Below, piece by piece: positions 1 to 13,613 of a DNA stretch of 64,000 bases (positions are counted from its first letter, which is position 1; each line of letters begins with the position of its first letter). The DNA is from Eledone cirrhosa (lineage: Eukaryota): NCBI GenBank assembly GCA_964016885.1, contig CAXHJY010001087.1, positions 62,001 to 126,000 on the forward strand. The letters run 5' to 3'. Position numbers and translations under genes: made by a program. The notes beneath the pieces were generated by a model. It worked only from the letters and a program-made list of their open reading frames with translations. It had not been told where the DNA came from and searched no databases.

Positions 1-125
1 TATCTCTTGGCATTCCACCACCAAGTCACTCTTCTACTCCTTGAACCTCTTCTCCAGTCACATACCTCATTTGTGGCCTTCAGTAGATAGTCTCTCAGGA
101 ACTCCCACTGCTCCTATATATTGTA
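1..125 (-). mobile_element. RTE-type LINE ORF2 fragment (degraded, runs off window)
   Basis: Minus-strand translation gives EQWEFLRDYLLKATNEV...RVTWWWN; the TWWWN motif is typical of the RTE endonuclease-RT linker. Confidence 0.5.
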
Positions 126-161
126 TGTCACTATTTCTTCTTCCTTATTGTCAATCTATGC

Positions 162-314
162 CAGGTATGGGCAACCTTTTTAGAGCAGTGGGTTGCATAG
201 GATGAGGCAGTCCACACTACTAAAAACATTTAAGGTAATTTTGAAATTAGGCATGCCATTCAGAAGGTCAAATGGGCCATGTGTGGCTTGTGGGCTGCAG
301 TTTGCCTATGACTG
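162..314. mobile_element. hAT/Charlie-like MITE remnant
   Basis: Imperfect terminal inverted repeats CAGGTATGGGCAAC ... GTTTGCCTATGACTG; no clean TSD. Confidence 0.5.
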
Positions 315-658
315 ATGTATAATGTAATCAATAGCATAAACCTCAGCTGGAATTCTCATCTATTATTGCTATGATGGGAGTATTTTCAACCAGAAAATGT
401 TCAAAATCTTCAGACCAAGTTATCAGGAGTAGAAGAGCCTAAAAGAACACCTTATTATTTCACTACATACAATATCAAAGACAAGATGGTCATTGGCATT
501 TAGATGGTGTGAGAAATTCAGTGACTGAGATGAATAAAGTTACAAATTTAACAACAGAGTGTATGTCTGATCTTTGGGGGTATCAAAAAAATACTTAGAT
601 ACCTTTGAGTGTCTATTGATGTCAGCTATTTAGGTTGAAGTCCTCAAATAAGTGCATG

Positions 659-1318
659 CAGGGTTGATGTTAGCAAGGGCCTTGTCTCAGGGGGTACCAG
701 GGGGACAAACCATCTTTTGTCCCTGCTACTCTTTCCCAATTAAAAAAAACAAAGAAAATCCCACTAACAAGTCATACATATGTATAATACATATTTTTAC
801 ATGTTTATTTATGTGCATATATTTATATGAACCCTAAGTTGCAATCAGTATTGGATTTTGTTCGTTCAATATTTACATCCATTTGCTAAAAATTAAAAAA
901 GATTAACTCAACTGAAAGATTCTTTTACCGCTGTGCAGAGACTCAAAACTTGGCTGCGATCGACCAATACTCAGCAAAGGTTGAATTATATTCTGATATG
1001 CCACGTTCATAGAGATGTTTTGAAAAAGATTAGTTGTGAAGAAGTTGCTAAATTATTTGACAGCAATGATGGAAAGTTCTAATAGACAAAAATTTTACTT
1101 TACATTTTTTTTATTCAAAGTCTGTTTTATTTTTTATTATGATAAATTCTTTTTAAGCTTATTTTTTTATATCTGAACTTCATTTGAATATATAAAATTT
1201 AATTAGCGTAAAATTTTACTTATGTGATAGGCACCATAAGCAATACTAACATGCCCCTTTAAGAATCAACAAATGTTGGTTTGTCCCTCTCACATTTTTA
1301 AGGCAAATGAAGCCCCTG
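659..1318 (+). mobile_element. Internally deleted hAT transposon retaining the C-terminal dimerisation-domain fragment
   Basis: About 913-1083 translates (one frameshift) to ERSF.AVQRLKTWLRSTNTQQRLNYILICHVH, a hAT dimerisation motif; ends are CAGGG...CCCCTG. Confidence 0.6.
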
Positions 1319-1394
1319 GATGCTAGCATCAAAGCCTACAAAACAACTACCTAAAATGTAGACATCAGTGCATCTACAAAGTATAACTAGGGCT

Positions 1395-4300
1395 ATAATA
1401 ATAATGAAAATATTGTGTACAGTGCTCAGGTGCACTACAACTCATCAAAAGTGTATGTATAGTACATAGGGTAATGTACAAACGTCAGGAAAATGAACAG
1501 TGCATGAGTCATGATATACACATGTGTGCATGTGTATGGAAGGGGGACATCAGGTGTAGTTTTGGCGAATTTCGGGAAGCATGAGGGTTTTAAAGGATGC
1601 AGTGTCTCGGCAGCTAACAACTGACACAGGTAGTTTGTTCCATGCTTCAGCAACTCTAAGCGTGAAAAATGTTTCCGAAAGTCATGGGAGCTGTGCTGTT
1701 TTCTGACTTTGTAGGCATGTCCACGTGTGTTAGACACATGGAGATCAAAAAGGTGCTCAGGGTTGTTGTTGGCGAGATGGTTAATAACTTTGTGGGTGTT
1801 TACCAAGTCCATTGCCAGACGTCGGAGCTTCAATGAATCCATGCCCAGAGAAGCAAGGCGTTCAGAGTATGGTAGATGTCTGATGGAGGGTATGCTCTTG
1901 GTTGCACGTCTATGAATAGTTTTTTGGAGGTCAATGTTCTGAGTAAGATAGGGGTTCCAGACTGATGATGCGAATTCCAAGTGTGGTCGTACCATAGCTG
2001 TATACAGCTTTAAATAGATGGCTGGAGAGTGGCTAACAAACGTCTTGCTGAGTGATGCCAAGACACCCTCGGCCTTCTTGCCAATTTTAGAGATGTGCTT
2101 TGTCCAACGCAAATCGCTGTTGACAGTAATGCCCAGGTCATGTTCACAAGAGGACTTCTTGATATCAGTGTTGTGGAGCGAGTATGTGGACGCTGGATTT
2201 TTCCTCCCAAAATGCATGGTGGTACACTTGTCCACAGCCAGCTTCAGTTGCCAGTCTGTGATCCATTGCTGCATTGTGTCCAGGTCTGATTGTAGGAAAG
2301 AGTTAGAGATTTCAGGATCTGTCCTTTTGATTTCAAGGTACAGTTTGATGTCACCTGCATATTTCAGTACTGTGGCATTCTTTAAGTTGGCATCTATGTC
2401 ATTAATGTATGCAACAAACAAAAGGTGACCAAGAATAGATCCCTGTGGTACACCAGATGACATCTCATATGGTGAAGAATGCTGTCCTAGAACCATGACT
2501 ACCTCTTTTCGGCTGAGAATGAAGGATTTCAACCAGTTAAAAAGATCATCCTTCACACCCATTGCAGAGAGTTTCGCCATAAGTCTTTTGTGTGGCACAG
2601 AATTAAAAGCCTTAGCGAAGTCAAGGTAAACAACATCCACCCATGAGCCGTTGTCAGTGATCCGGGTAATGTCTTCAAGGAACTCGATAAGCTGATCACA
2701 GCAGCTGGAGTTAAGGATAAATCCAAATTACGAGGGCTGGATGAGGCTGTGAGAGCTCCAGAAGTTCCAAAGTGTTTCTCTGAAACCGGATTTCATCAGT
2801 TTGGCAATACAGCTAGTAAGACTGACTGGACGATAGTTGACAGGTGACATGCAGTTGCCCTTTTTGAACAGGGGAATGACACTGGCAGTTTTCCACTGCT
2901 CCGGAGTAGCACCATTGTTGAGACAGTATTGAAAGAAGAAAGAAAGCTGGTGCAAAAGGAAGTACCCGCCACATTTGAGAAGCAGGTATGTAACACCATC
3001 AAGACAAGGCGAGGCATAGTTGTGCTTATTCTTAAGGTGACGTTGCAGCATTGCAGGTGTAAATTCCATAGTTGTTATGGAATTTGATGTTAGAGATGGT
3101 ACATTCTGTTTTTCAACAGTAAAAATGCTTGCATAGCACTCAGCAATGAGTTCTGTGCATTCTTTGGGATCGTCAGTGATCTGGCTTGTGTGGGATTGCA
3201 AAGAGGACCAACTGGAGAGTGAGGTCTCTGCTTTGAATGTACATATTTCCAGAACACCTTACTGTCAGGATTGGTTGCTATGCACTATTCAAATTCAAGC
3301 ACTGCCTTTTTTGTCACTTGCTTGAGATGGCTGGAAGATATATTCCGCTTTTTTCTGTTGTCATCTGATTTATGCAGTTTATATTCCTGTTCAGCGTTCC
3401 GACGTTCTTTCCTGGCAAGTCGGACCACTAAAGTGTCCCAAATTACACTTTTGGGGTGGGTTTTTTTCTGCTTACGTGGTACTGATGCTGCACACGCTAT
3501 CCATATTGAGTCCAGGATGCTCTGGAGTATAGTGTACACATCTCCATAGTTATAGAACTCATGCCAGTTTGGGCGCTGTAGCTCAATGCAGTACAAGTTC
3601 CAATCTGCTTTCTTCCAATCAAAGCAAGCAAATTGGAGATGGTTCTGGTTTTTGTTGCTGCTCGCAAGAATCAGATTGGCAATGATCATAGCATGATCAA
3701 AGTCGCCTAGAGGTTCCTCAGTATACAACTGATAACCACTTCAAGAGTAGTGGTGAAGAGCAGGTCCAAAGTGTTGTCACCTCCAGTTTGAGTCCAGCAC
3801 TAGCTCAAGGAAATCGTTTGCACTTTGTGGCCAACGAAAGGTTTCCCAATCAATTTCAGGATGATTGAAGTCACCTGCAATAAACACATAAGTGGCTGTT
3901 TTCCTGGCAGCAGCTCTGAGGATATCGCAAAGCTGTGTGTCCTGATGGTAGTTTGGGGGGCGATAAATAACACCAAGCAGAAGTGTTGACATAGTCATAC
4001 GTATGTCACAGAAAAAAACTTCTTGTGATTCGTTCAAATCAACGCAAGGAATTACCGAAAAATTTGAACAAACATAGACCATCACACCACCACGACGGCG
4101 ATTAATGCGGTCCTTGCAAAACAGATTGTAACCAGTAATGCTGAAAACCCCATCACAGAGTAAGGAATGTGCCCATGTTTCGTGATTGTGATGAAGTCAG
4201 GGTCGATGCTTCTGACGTAGGAGTTAAACAGATGTATCTTGTTGCATAAACTGCGAGCATTTAAGGACAACAATTTGCACCCTGCTTGCAGTTTATGATG

Positions 4301-4965
4301 GTGTGTAGAGGATGGCAGGTTGTTCTGGTTTAGTTTCCCAGAGTTGTTGCAGTTTTTTCATTGCCAGTTATTGTGGGTAGTGCGCACTTAGACCAGCTGG
4401 TATCTCTCTTCCATGTTTCACCAGCCTTAACAAACCTCCAGATCTGCCCATCATCACGCAGACTAAAACTTTCATGTTGTGCTGAGTTCCGATTCAAGGA
4501 AGCTGCAGCATGTAGCTTTGGACGTACATCAGGTGATAGGCCTGGACGTGTTTGGAAGGTAATCCGATTTTCACGCCCTGCTTTAACAGAGGCCAGATGA
4601 TATGAAATTGCTTCAGCAGGGTCCGAAAAAGACAGCCTGATGAGTCTGGGTTTTGGACCAGGTCGACCAAGGCGGAGAGCACCCTTTGGGGGAACACAGC
4701 CTAGGTCTTTGGCTGAGCTGACAGCAAATGCCTGAAGATCAGCCTTGTCTTCTGGTACCCCAATGGCAATTACTTCATGGGTAGCAGATTCCGTGGTCTT
4801 CTCAGTGTGCCCAGATACGGCAAGAGGTACAGGGAGATTCTTAAGTAAGGCATTCCGATAAGACCCCTCATTGTGGGGTCCTACCCGAATGCTTGCTTTT
4901 ATTCCTGTTACTTCCCTTCTTAAAGCAATCATTTGTTGCAATTCTGCAAAATCTGTACTCGTCGA
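1395..4965 (-). mobile_element. CR1/L2-clade LINE, near full length, with multiple frameshifts and stops
   Basis: ORF1-like 4330-~4960 (VIAIGVPEDK, RLGRPGPKPRLIRL); APE endonuclease motifs LNARSL, GVIYRPP, AGDFNHP, LGDFDH; RT motifs YLDFAKAFNSVPH, SGVPQGSILG, YAGD (YADD mutated); (ATT)n tail near 1395-1405. Confidence 0.9.
1435..2640 (-). pseudogene. LINE reverse transcriptase domain (catalytic YADD changed to YAGD)
   Basis: 401-aa ORF with RT motifs and the CR1-like C-terminal NTRGHAYK. Confidence 0.85.
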
Positions 4966-5299
4966 TTGTTGTTGTTGTTGTTGTTGTTGTTGCTGTTGTA
5001 TCATTTAATGCAAGCATGGATGTATTGTATGTCTATGGCTATATTATTTGATATATTATACATATTCTATAATTCGAAATATCTAATGCAGACAATCGGG
5101 CTGGATGTGGTGTTTTTCACTTAATGTTTTGATTACTTATAGAACCTAAACGTATTTAGTGCCCTAAACGAACCCTACAATTTGTAACCAGTTTTCCCAG
5201 GTTTTCTTTCTTCTTCCCCTTATTTCCGGGAGGGAGAGGCATGGTGGCAGAGTCCTCAAACACGTCTTCGAGTGGGCCCTGTCAGAAGCAACCAATTAA

Positions 5300-5525
5300 T
5301 CCAGCTAAGATCCCCAAATGAAACCAGCCAAGCTCATGGATGTTATCCAACCATCTTGCTTGGGGTCTACCCCCGGTTGGTTTTGCTCATGAAATCTGTC
5401 CAGCCATTCTTTCTGAAGACATTCTAACCACAGGTCTGTATTATCGGAGCTGTGATCTCTCAATTCAGAGAAGTAGCGGCTCTACCTGGAATGACTCTCT
5501 GATCTCCAAGCTACGCACTTAATTC
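5300..5525 (-). mobile_element. RTE LINE 3' ORF fragment (related copy at about 24760-24920)
   Basis: Minus strand reads VRSLEIRESFQVEPLLL.IERSQLR...GRPQARW; a highly similar block lies at 24.7-24.9 kb. Confidence 0.6.
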
Positions 5526-7217
5526 AGCCTCCTGCCTTCCATCACTCTTAAATAAAATAATTTCAGCATACAATTTGGTAAGCCGATGAACTTAGTTTTT
5601 GACATTTCTTGCTCTGATCACACTAAAAAAATTACTAAGCCCTCATTTTCTACTACACAGTCCATACTCACCCACACAAAACCATGTTACAAACTATACA
5701 ACCGTTTCCACCACTTTAGATATTTCCCCAATAGTGCTATGCTGCAAAGATGTTTAATTATTTATTTATTAGTCACAGGAAATTATTATATATTTTATTC
5801 AATTATACAAATTTGTATAAAACTGATCCTTTAAGGTTCAGTAATGAGCCTCTCTGAAGTCTGTGCCCTGCTACCTAGTTAGCCTTGATGGTAGCACTAG
5901 CCCTGTATAACATAACAATTTACTTCCCACTTTAATATAATTTTAAGGATTTGCTTAGTGTAACATATGTTGGACCCTGTATTATATATGGTGTTTGTTA
6001 AATTGTTTTTCTGGAGCAGCAAGGCTCACACGAAACCAGAAACAGGCTTGGACCAGTTAAGAAATGTAGGTCTCATTTCAAACTGTTCATTAAGCATTTT
6101 AGTAATCATATATGATTTACAGGTATATACATGTATATAAAGTGTATCTGATGTACTTACAAGTAACAAGACAGAATATAAGACTGGAAACTTGAAGCGA
6201 GTAGCTCCCACCCTCCTCCTCGAAATCAGAGACCATGCCAATTGTTCTCCTCCTCCCTAATTAGACTTATAATTTTCAAACCCTAAATCAGGACATTCTC
6301 CTTAAACAGGGTCATACCCGATCAAACTGGGACGTATGGTAATCTTATATAAAACATTATCATACACAGATATTTACATATTTACCTACATTTAACAAAA
6401 ATACTTTCTCAAATACGGTAGTGTATAGTTTTGGGGAAGGTTTTGACTGCTATTTCAAGCAGGTAGTGTGGTTGATTGAAAGAAACGTTAGCGTTAGGGT
6501 TAGAGAGAATACCTGCCGTATTTGATAACGGCCCTTTATGTTCTAAGTTTAAATACCACCTTCGGCAAATGGGGCAAGAGTCGATAAAGAAAAATACCGC
6601 TCGGATACTGGGAATCGATGTAATATTCCCCCAAAGCATCATATAAATGGATAGAAGGGGATCGATTGATGTTCTAGAAATAGCAGCCAAACCTCCCTGA
6701 AATCCCACGCCTACCGTCTTATTAAAAAAAGGAACATATTAGATAACGTAAGGCTGACTGCACTAAGCCAAGATGGAAAAACAAAATGATCTGATAGTCA
6801 ATAATGGAATGCCTTTAATCATATGTCTACTGAGTAGGCACTGACTTAGGGCTAAACAACAACTGTCGTTGAATAATAGCTTTGTTTTTAATGTTATAAC
6901 ACAAGAAACGGTTTTTTATGTGTAGAAACTTTGCACCGGTTACACCGGCTCCTTTGTTATTAGCCCTAACGTCTCTATTGTAATTTGCGGGAAACATCTC
7001 AGAAGGTAAAAATAAAAATATATTTTAAATTTTCCGTCTAATTTATTATAAATTCTTTTTTAAAAATTAAAGAAAATTTTAAACATTTAACAAATTTTTT
7101 ACCAAATGTCTTAAAAAAAAAAAACTTTGTTAATACCCATTAAATACCTTGTCTTTTTTTTTATTTATTTTGAGAGTGTAAAAGAGAGGCTTCACATATA
7201 AATTATCTCTCTCTCGC

Positions 7218-7249
<32 letters not shown>

Positions 7250-8825
7250 GATATAAAAAAAAACTGAAAGTTTCAGCCATGTTTCTGACTGTCAACTTGT
7301 AAAGGACAGACTAAAGTGATTTACTCGATAAAGGCATTCAGGAGAGACAAAAAACGTTTTTAATCGAAACATTTGTCTATTACGAAGAAGTGTTAAGATC
7401 CTGCTTAAACTTTTTCATTTACATTGTAGCACTAAAAACGTGAGATAGTTCACAATATATGTAAAACCTATATATATTATATATAGGTGTATATACTGAA
7501 ATTGATCAATGCCTTGTGAGTGAAATTTGGTAGACGAAAACTACAGAAGCCTGTCGAATATTTATGTATGTCTGTGTTTATGTCCCATAACATAGCGAGT
7601 CGACAAAAAAAAGGGATCGATAAATTAAGACCAGACCTAAAAAGGAGTCGATATGATCGATTGAATCTTGGCGGTGCCCCAGCATGGCCGTACTCTCTAA
7701 TGAGTGAAACTCGTACAAGAATAATTGTATATTTATATAAGTTCCAACTGGCTGATACACTTCGCGGTTATTTAATATTCACTTGGTAAACGATCAAAGT
7801 ACATTTGGTTATATAAGTATTATGGTTAGTTAATTCTTTATTTTGTATTTTTTTAATGGAGTAAAAAAGGGAAAAGCATAAATATTTAACGTGGTTGTCA
7901 AACATAATTTGTGTTTGCCGTCTATTTTTGTGTAATTTAGAAAGCACACTGGTTTCCAGTCAATCAGTATTTTGATTTATAACGACTTTTTTAAATAGGA
8001 GGTTATGATGAACGTAAACGTGATTTATATATTTAAATAAATCATTTTACACTGTAATTTTTTAAAAGTAAGTTGGTGTCGTGAGTGGAAGAAGTTCTGC
8101 AGACTATCTTAGTTCTCCTTGGATTTTGTTGCATATATATCTGTGTGTTGTGAAGCCAAGCGCAAGATGAAATGATTATGTACGGGTTTTCCTGCAGAAT
8201 GATCTGCATTTTAACGAATCCCACTTTGAAACGGTCGGATACTTCTTTTTTTTTCACATTTATTTTATTGTGCCTGTCTATGTCTAGTGAGAGCATTCGC
8301 ACACGATCGTAAGGTCGTGAGTTCGACTCACCACGACGCGTTATGTCCTTGAGCAAGGAACTTTATTTTTCGTTCTTCCAGTCCACTAAAATTAAGTTGT
8401 ACCTGTAATTCAAACGATCAGCTTTGTCACATTGTGTTACGCGGAATCACCTTGAGAACTAAGTTTCAGGAATGCTCGGCCATGTCACGCTGAATCTCCC
8501 TGAGAACTACGTTAAGGGCATGCGTGTCAACGAAATGCTCGGTTACTTACATATCAATTTCACGAGCAAATTGTTCCGTTGATCAAACAACAGGAACACC
8601 CGTCATAGGAACCGCCGGAGGTCTAACACACACTACGGATAACAGCTGTCTAGCACCATTTAAACAGCTGAGCTGGGTTGAGCGGGTGCGCGCCAACGTA
8701 TCCACATAACCGGTGTCACACTCAGCGATTGCTGCTGGAATATATACTTTTACTCTAACCTAACTTATCTTTGCTATCTTGAGAGATGTTTATGATATGT
8801 TTACTGTGTTGACATATATATACGT

Positions 8826-9062
8826 GCGTGGCTTAGTGGTTAAGGTGTGCGACTCGTGATCGTTAGTCGTAAGTTCGATTCACGGCAGCGCGTTGTGTCC
8901 TTGAGCAAGACACTTCATTTCACATTGCTCCAGTCTGTTCTGCTGGCAAAAGGGAGCTGTACATCCTTGTCACACACTGTATCATGCTGAATCTCCCTGT
9001 GGAACTATGTTAAAGATAAGTGTGTCTGTGGAATGCTTAGCCATTTACACATTTATTTCACG
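8826..9062 (+). mobile_element. tRNA-derived SINE (related degenerate copy at about 8285-8560)
   Basis: A-box TGGCTTAGTGG, B-box GTTCGATTC, and the shared body GTGTCCTTGAGCAAGACACTT. Confidence 0.7.
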
Positions 9063-9157
9063 AGCAGGCTGATTTTACAACAATGGAGGTCTAACGTGTC
9101 TAAATATGTGCATGTGGTGTGTCAATATATAATTGTGTGTGTGTATATATATATATA

Positions 9158-9470
9158 TCATCATTTCATTTTACGTCCGCTTTTCCCTGCTTGCAAGGGT
9201 GGGACGGGAACTGATTCTGGCATGATTTCTACAGCTGGATGCCCTTCCTTACACCAACCTCATTTACAGTGAGTGCTGGGTGCTTTTTTTCCGTGGCGCC
9301 TACACGTCCACTTTACAGTAGAATGATATGGACCCCAGTCACTCTCATCTCATTTCTACAGCTGAGTGAACTGGAGCAATGTGAAATAAAGGAAACAACA
9401 CATCACCCGGTCTGAGAATTGAACTCACAACCTTTCGATTGCAAGGTCAATGCTCCAACCACCAAGCTAT
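9158..9470 (-). mobile_element. tRNA-derived SINE with RTE-like 3' end
   Basis: Reverse complement of the 31369/48987 SINE family, including the GGAAGGGCATCCAGCTGTAGAAA core and (TGA)n tail. Confidence 0.8.
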
Positions 9471-9563
9471 GTGTATATATATATATACATATTCATCGCT
9501 ATGTGTGTGTATTTATATATGCCTTTTGAGAGGTTTTTGATATGAAATCGTGTGTTGAAACAT

Positions 9564-9714
9564 TGTTATATTTGGAGAGGGTCATATTGTTATAATATTG
9601 CCAGAAATAATAATCAAACACACTGTTTGGTCACGCCAAATCTCCCTGTGGAACAGTGAGTGTGTTTTATTATTTCTGGCAATATTATACAATATGACAC
9701 TCCCTAAATATAAC
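9564..9714. repeat. Short fold-back (about 60-bp arms), related to the ends of the 20.0-21.0 kb element
   Basis: GTTATATTTGGAGAGGGTCATATTG...CAATATGACACTCCCTAAATATAAC; upstream GAAATCGTGTGTTGAAAC matches the reverse complement at about 20982-20999. Confidence 0.6.
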
Positions 9715-10469
9715 TATATATACACACACACAGACATACATACATGTGTAAATATGTGTGTGTGACATTTATATAAATGTTACTTTTTATCTTTGTAGGT
9801 TGATGCTGTTGTGAGGTGTATTACCAAAATATTGGCTGCTCCAAGTCACCCAAGTGCCTTCATTCGCAACATCCATATTATACACACACACACACACTGC
9901 TCTTAGCAGATACATTGGGAGAAGTTGTCACTAACTTTGACCTAACTCTTTCTTTTATTTCTATATATATATATATAATGTCCCACCCTTGCAAGCAGGG
10001 AAAAGCGGATGTAAAATGATGATAATTATATATATATTTCTCTACTGAGTTGTGTGAGCCCTGTCCATTCTTCTAGCAACTGTTCGACATGAGTAAGAAA
10101 AAAAATGAAGGGAGACTGTTTTAAAGAGGGAAGGGTTTCTGTTATATTTCTCTAATGTTATTCACTTTTCAAAGCCTTCTGACTCCCATTCTATGTTTTA
10201 TGTATATGAAATTTTATAAAGGAAAACAAATCCTTTTTGAATGTGGCTGACCTGTAAAATAGGGGGAAAAAGACAACATGAACATTTCATTTCCATTAGA
10301 CTTAACAAATTACCATAGCGATAATGTTTAACCCTGTTTTGCTCTAGAAAGGCAAGGGTGTGGGGTTTCCTTTTTTTTTTTTTTTTTTTTTTTTTACCTT
10401 ATTTTTTTCTATTGTATTTTCTCGGATCTCAACTATTTGTATTTTTCTACATTTTCTACTTTGTCACCA

Positions 10470-11693
10470 ATGAATAATCTAATGGCAAACACTACAACAT
10501 TAATCCACTGTGACATGCAGGATCTAGAGACAGCTGCAACCATAGTTCACTTGAACACAGCAGCTGTCACTGCATCTGTCAATGATAAGACTGCAGTGTG
10601 CAACATTTGCGGAAAAGTGTTCAGCCGACACAATCTGGAACGCCACAAGCGTACTCATCGCGGTGAGAAGCTTTTTTCATGCATGGTGTGTGCTCGAAGC
10701 TTCTCCCAGAAATCACACCTCACCGTACATGAACGAATACATACTGGAGTGCGCCCATTCAAATGCACAATATGCGGGTGTGCATTTTCACGGAAGGATT
10801 ACCTTGTTCGCCATACGCGTACGCAGCACAGTGGCAAAGTGTACAACATCAACAACCAAATTGTCACCACACCTCAAGCGCCCCCTATGAAGAAAAATCG
10901 GGTGAAAAAGACCAACAAAAGCAACACTTCCAAACTACATGTTAGCAATACAGTGAGATCCAGTCAACCTGTTTATAATCATCAACAACAACAACAGCAT
11001 CAAGTGATTTCTAACCAAATTTCACCTGTAACATCGAACCCATTTGACTGTGAAGAATGCTGGCGAGAATACAACCAGTCTCAACAAGCCATTGGTATAC
11101 AGAAGCAGGTTCATCTACCTCCATCATCTGGCCACATTCCAGTTCTGCCATTTGAATGTGATGTTTGTGGGAAAGGATTCTCTACAGCAAGCAAGCTGTC
11201 AACCCATCATAAAACACATTCGCGCCCCAAATTGTTTGACTGCAAGATCTGTGGCAAAGCATTCTCTCGCCGTGATCACTTACGTGTTCACACACGTATA
11301 CACTCCGGAGAGCGGCCATTTAAGTGCGAACTGTGTGGCTACGCTTTCACAAGGATCGACCATCTGGAACGACATAAGCGTCCAAATAAAGGGGCCAGGA
11401 AATTGAGTTGTGTCCCTCGTCTTGGTGTCGTTGTTACTGAGGAAGGGACTTCGCCTGCTGTCGCAATGGAAACTGAACAAAACGGAGAGCAGATTGCAGT
11501 GACAGCTACTACTCCTCACCATGGCAATGGCAATGCTACAACTATAACTACCCTAACCAACGTGCCCCATCACATTACTGTGCCACATCCAGGCAATGTG
11601 CTCTACCATACAAACCTTCCTCCTCCGATCAGCGTTGCTTACCATCCTGCTGTACAGCAGATGGAAGTCTATCACACAGATGTACACAACTAA
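10470..11693 (+). CDS. C2H2 zinc-finger protein (two clusters of 3 fingers plus a degenerate CEEC)
   Basis: Uninterrupted ORF with CxxC...HxxxH repeats and TGVRPF/SGERPF linkers. First ATG at 10470; an upstream exon is possible because a poly-T tract lies at about 10371-10396. Confidence 0.9.
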   Translation: MNNLMANTTTLIHCDMQDLETAATIVHLNTAAVTASVNDKTAVCNICGKVFSRHNLERHKRTHRGEKLFSCMVCARSFSQKSHLTVHERIHTGVRPFKCTICGCAFSRKDYLVRHTRTQHSGKVYNINNQIVTTPQAPPMKKNRVKKTNKSNTSKLHVSNTVRSSQPVYNHQQQQQHQVISNQISPVTSNPFDCEECWREYNQSQQAIGIQKQVHLPPSSGHIPVLPFECDVCGKGFSTASKLSTHHKTHSRPKLFDCKICGKAFSRRDHLRVHTRIHSGERPFKCELCGYAFTRIDHLERHKRPNKGARKLSCVPRLGVVVTEEGTSPAVAMETEQNGEQIAVTATTPHHGNGNATTITTLTNVPHHITVPHPGNVLYHTNLPPPISVAYHPAVQQMEVYHTDVHN

Positions 11694-11909
11694 ACCCTTT
11701 ATTGTTCCCCCTCTTCCTTCTCTTCTCTATTTCCATCTCCTCTTTCTTCCCCTCTTTCTCTCCTGTTCGGCTGTACAGACACTTTCTTCTCTCCATATCA
11801 TATCACTTTTTCAATAACTTCAGTTTCAAACAACATAAATGATGTTAACTCCTCAACACTAACTAGACTACGTTTGCCACTATTCCTTATCCATAGGAAT
11901 ACCATTATA

Positions 11910-12216
11910 TTAACTCTTAATGTCCTGTACAACATGAGCAAGACATACTTAAAATATACAAAACAACCATTAAAAATTAAAGTCTTTACTTCAGTTAATA
12001 CTGCAAATTTTTACAATTTTTCCACTAGTAATCTAATAAATATTTGAATTAACAAACTTGTTTTTAGACATTTTCTGCTAAATTATTACAGGAGGTTAAG
12101 AGTTAATACTACAAATTTTCACAACGATCTGTCCAATAGTAAAAATACTATAAACATTTGAATTAAACCCGTTTTTAGACATTTTCTGCTAAATCATTAC
12201 AATATGTTATGAGTTA
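11910..12216. mobile_element. TTAA-flanked DNA-transposon remnant with internal duplication (related block at about 25920-26160)
   Basis: TTAACTCTT...AAGAGTTAA ends; repeated AACATTTGAATTAA...GTTTTTAGACATTTTCTGCTAAAT. Confidence 0.45.
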
Positions 12217-13613
12217 AATCTAATGTGAACTCTGACTGGAAACACCATTAACTTGTCAAAGATACCCCCCTCCCCCCAAAAGAAGAAGGCTTTATAGGTT
12301 TATATTAATGATTTAACCCTTTCATTACCATATTTTTAATGAAAGACTGCCTATATGTTTCAATGAAGTTTGTAAATAATTAAAACCAACTCTTTTACCT
12401 AAAAATGTTTATGATGAAGGATTTAATAGAAATATGAATATTTTAAAATGAGCAGTTTTGTATCATAAATCCAGGCCAGTTTCAGGCAGATTGGTATTGA
12501 AAGCGTTAAAAGATTGGCCACTAATATTATTTGGTCTTCTAAAAGCATGTTCACTCCACATATAAGCATTTTCTCTGAATCTTGTTCATACACTCTTTCT
12601 TTATCCTTTTCGCATATATATATATTCCTTCTTTTCTTCATACACATACACTTTATGTATGTCTTGTTCTCATACTCTCTCTCACCCCCCTCTCTCTCTC
12701 TCTTTTTCTGCACACATACACTTTATCATCTCTCACTGTATCCATTATAGTTGCCCCTTCTCTCTCTTATCCGAAAGTCTTTAATATTCAACAGCTCTCT
12801 ACCTTTAAGTTCTCTACCCACTCCTACCACTCCTCCACAAGACGGAAAACAGCAACTCTAATAATTTCATGAACTCTAACCTAAAACAGTTAATAGAATG
12901 TGGTAGTGGGAGGAGTGCAGTGAACTGTCAATTGTTGCTATGGGAATATGATTGCCTCCTGCACTGTTATTTGGGAGTGCTCTGAAATCCACCAGGCGTT
13001 GGTGAATAAAAGTCCAAATTTCAAAATGGACCATCTAAACATGTGATTTGTTCTTATTTCACATATTACATATACATCACTGCACACACACATACATCCC
13101 TACACACATATACATCACTGCACAACATACACATCCCAACATATACATATGTACACCCATATACATTTCTACATACATTGAGCCATTACTCAACTTTTCT
13201 TTATTTTTTCATAAGATGGTATGGTGTTATTAAGGAAACTTTGGCTGCTATTTCTAGTTAGTTAAAAGTCCTCATAGAGGCTCCCTTGCTGGCTCTTTAA
13301 ATTATTAGTATATGTAATAGTGATGTCATTCTCCCAGATCTTAGCTGTACTCCAGGTTAACATCATCACCATCACAGCTGTACTACAACTCCAGTATAGG
13401 TCTTACTTGAGCCTGGTAGAGTGTCAGTTAACAGTTGGTGATAGCTGAAGATTTACTGACCCTAAAGAGGAACCCTTGCATTTATAATGTTAAAATGCAA
13501 TCTTTTGTTGTGGGGTTTAGCAGTTTTTGTTGTTTTTTAACTGTTTAGTGAGACAGAATGGGGGGAAATGCTTGCTTCAGTAAACTCAGCTAAAGAAAGG
13601 CACTAAAGAATTA

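Noticed and set aside
4961-5004. Poly-Gln N-terminus on LINE ORF1
   Set aside because: Most likely a flanking (CAA)n microsatellite at the truncation point rather than part of the element.
5238-5535. Shared sequence upstream of both zinc-finger genes as a conserved regulatory element (also 24675-24920)
   Set aside because: Its reverse complement encodes an RTE RT C-terminus, so it is better explained as two LINE fragments.
8826-8890. tRNA genes at SINE heads (also 31369 and 48987)
   Set aside because: A/B boxes are present but they continue into the SINE body; there is no complete cloverleaf or terminator.
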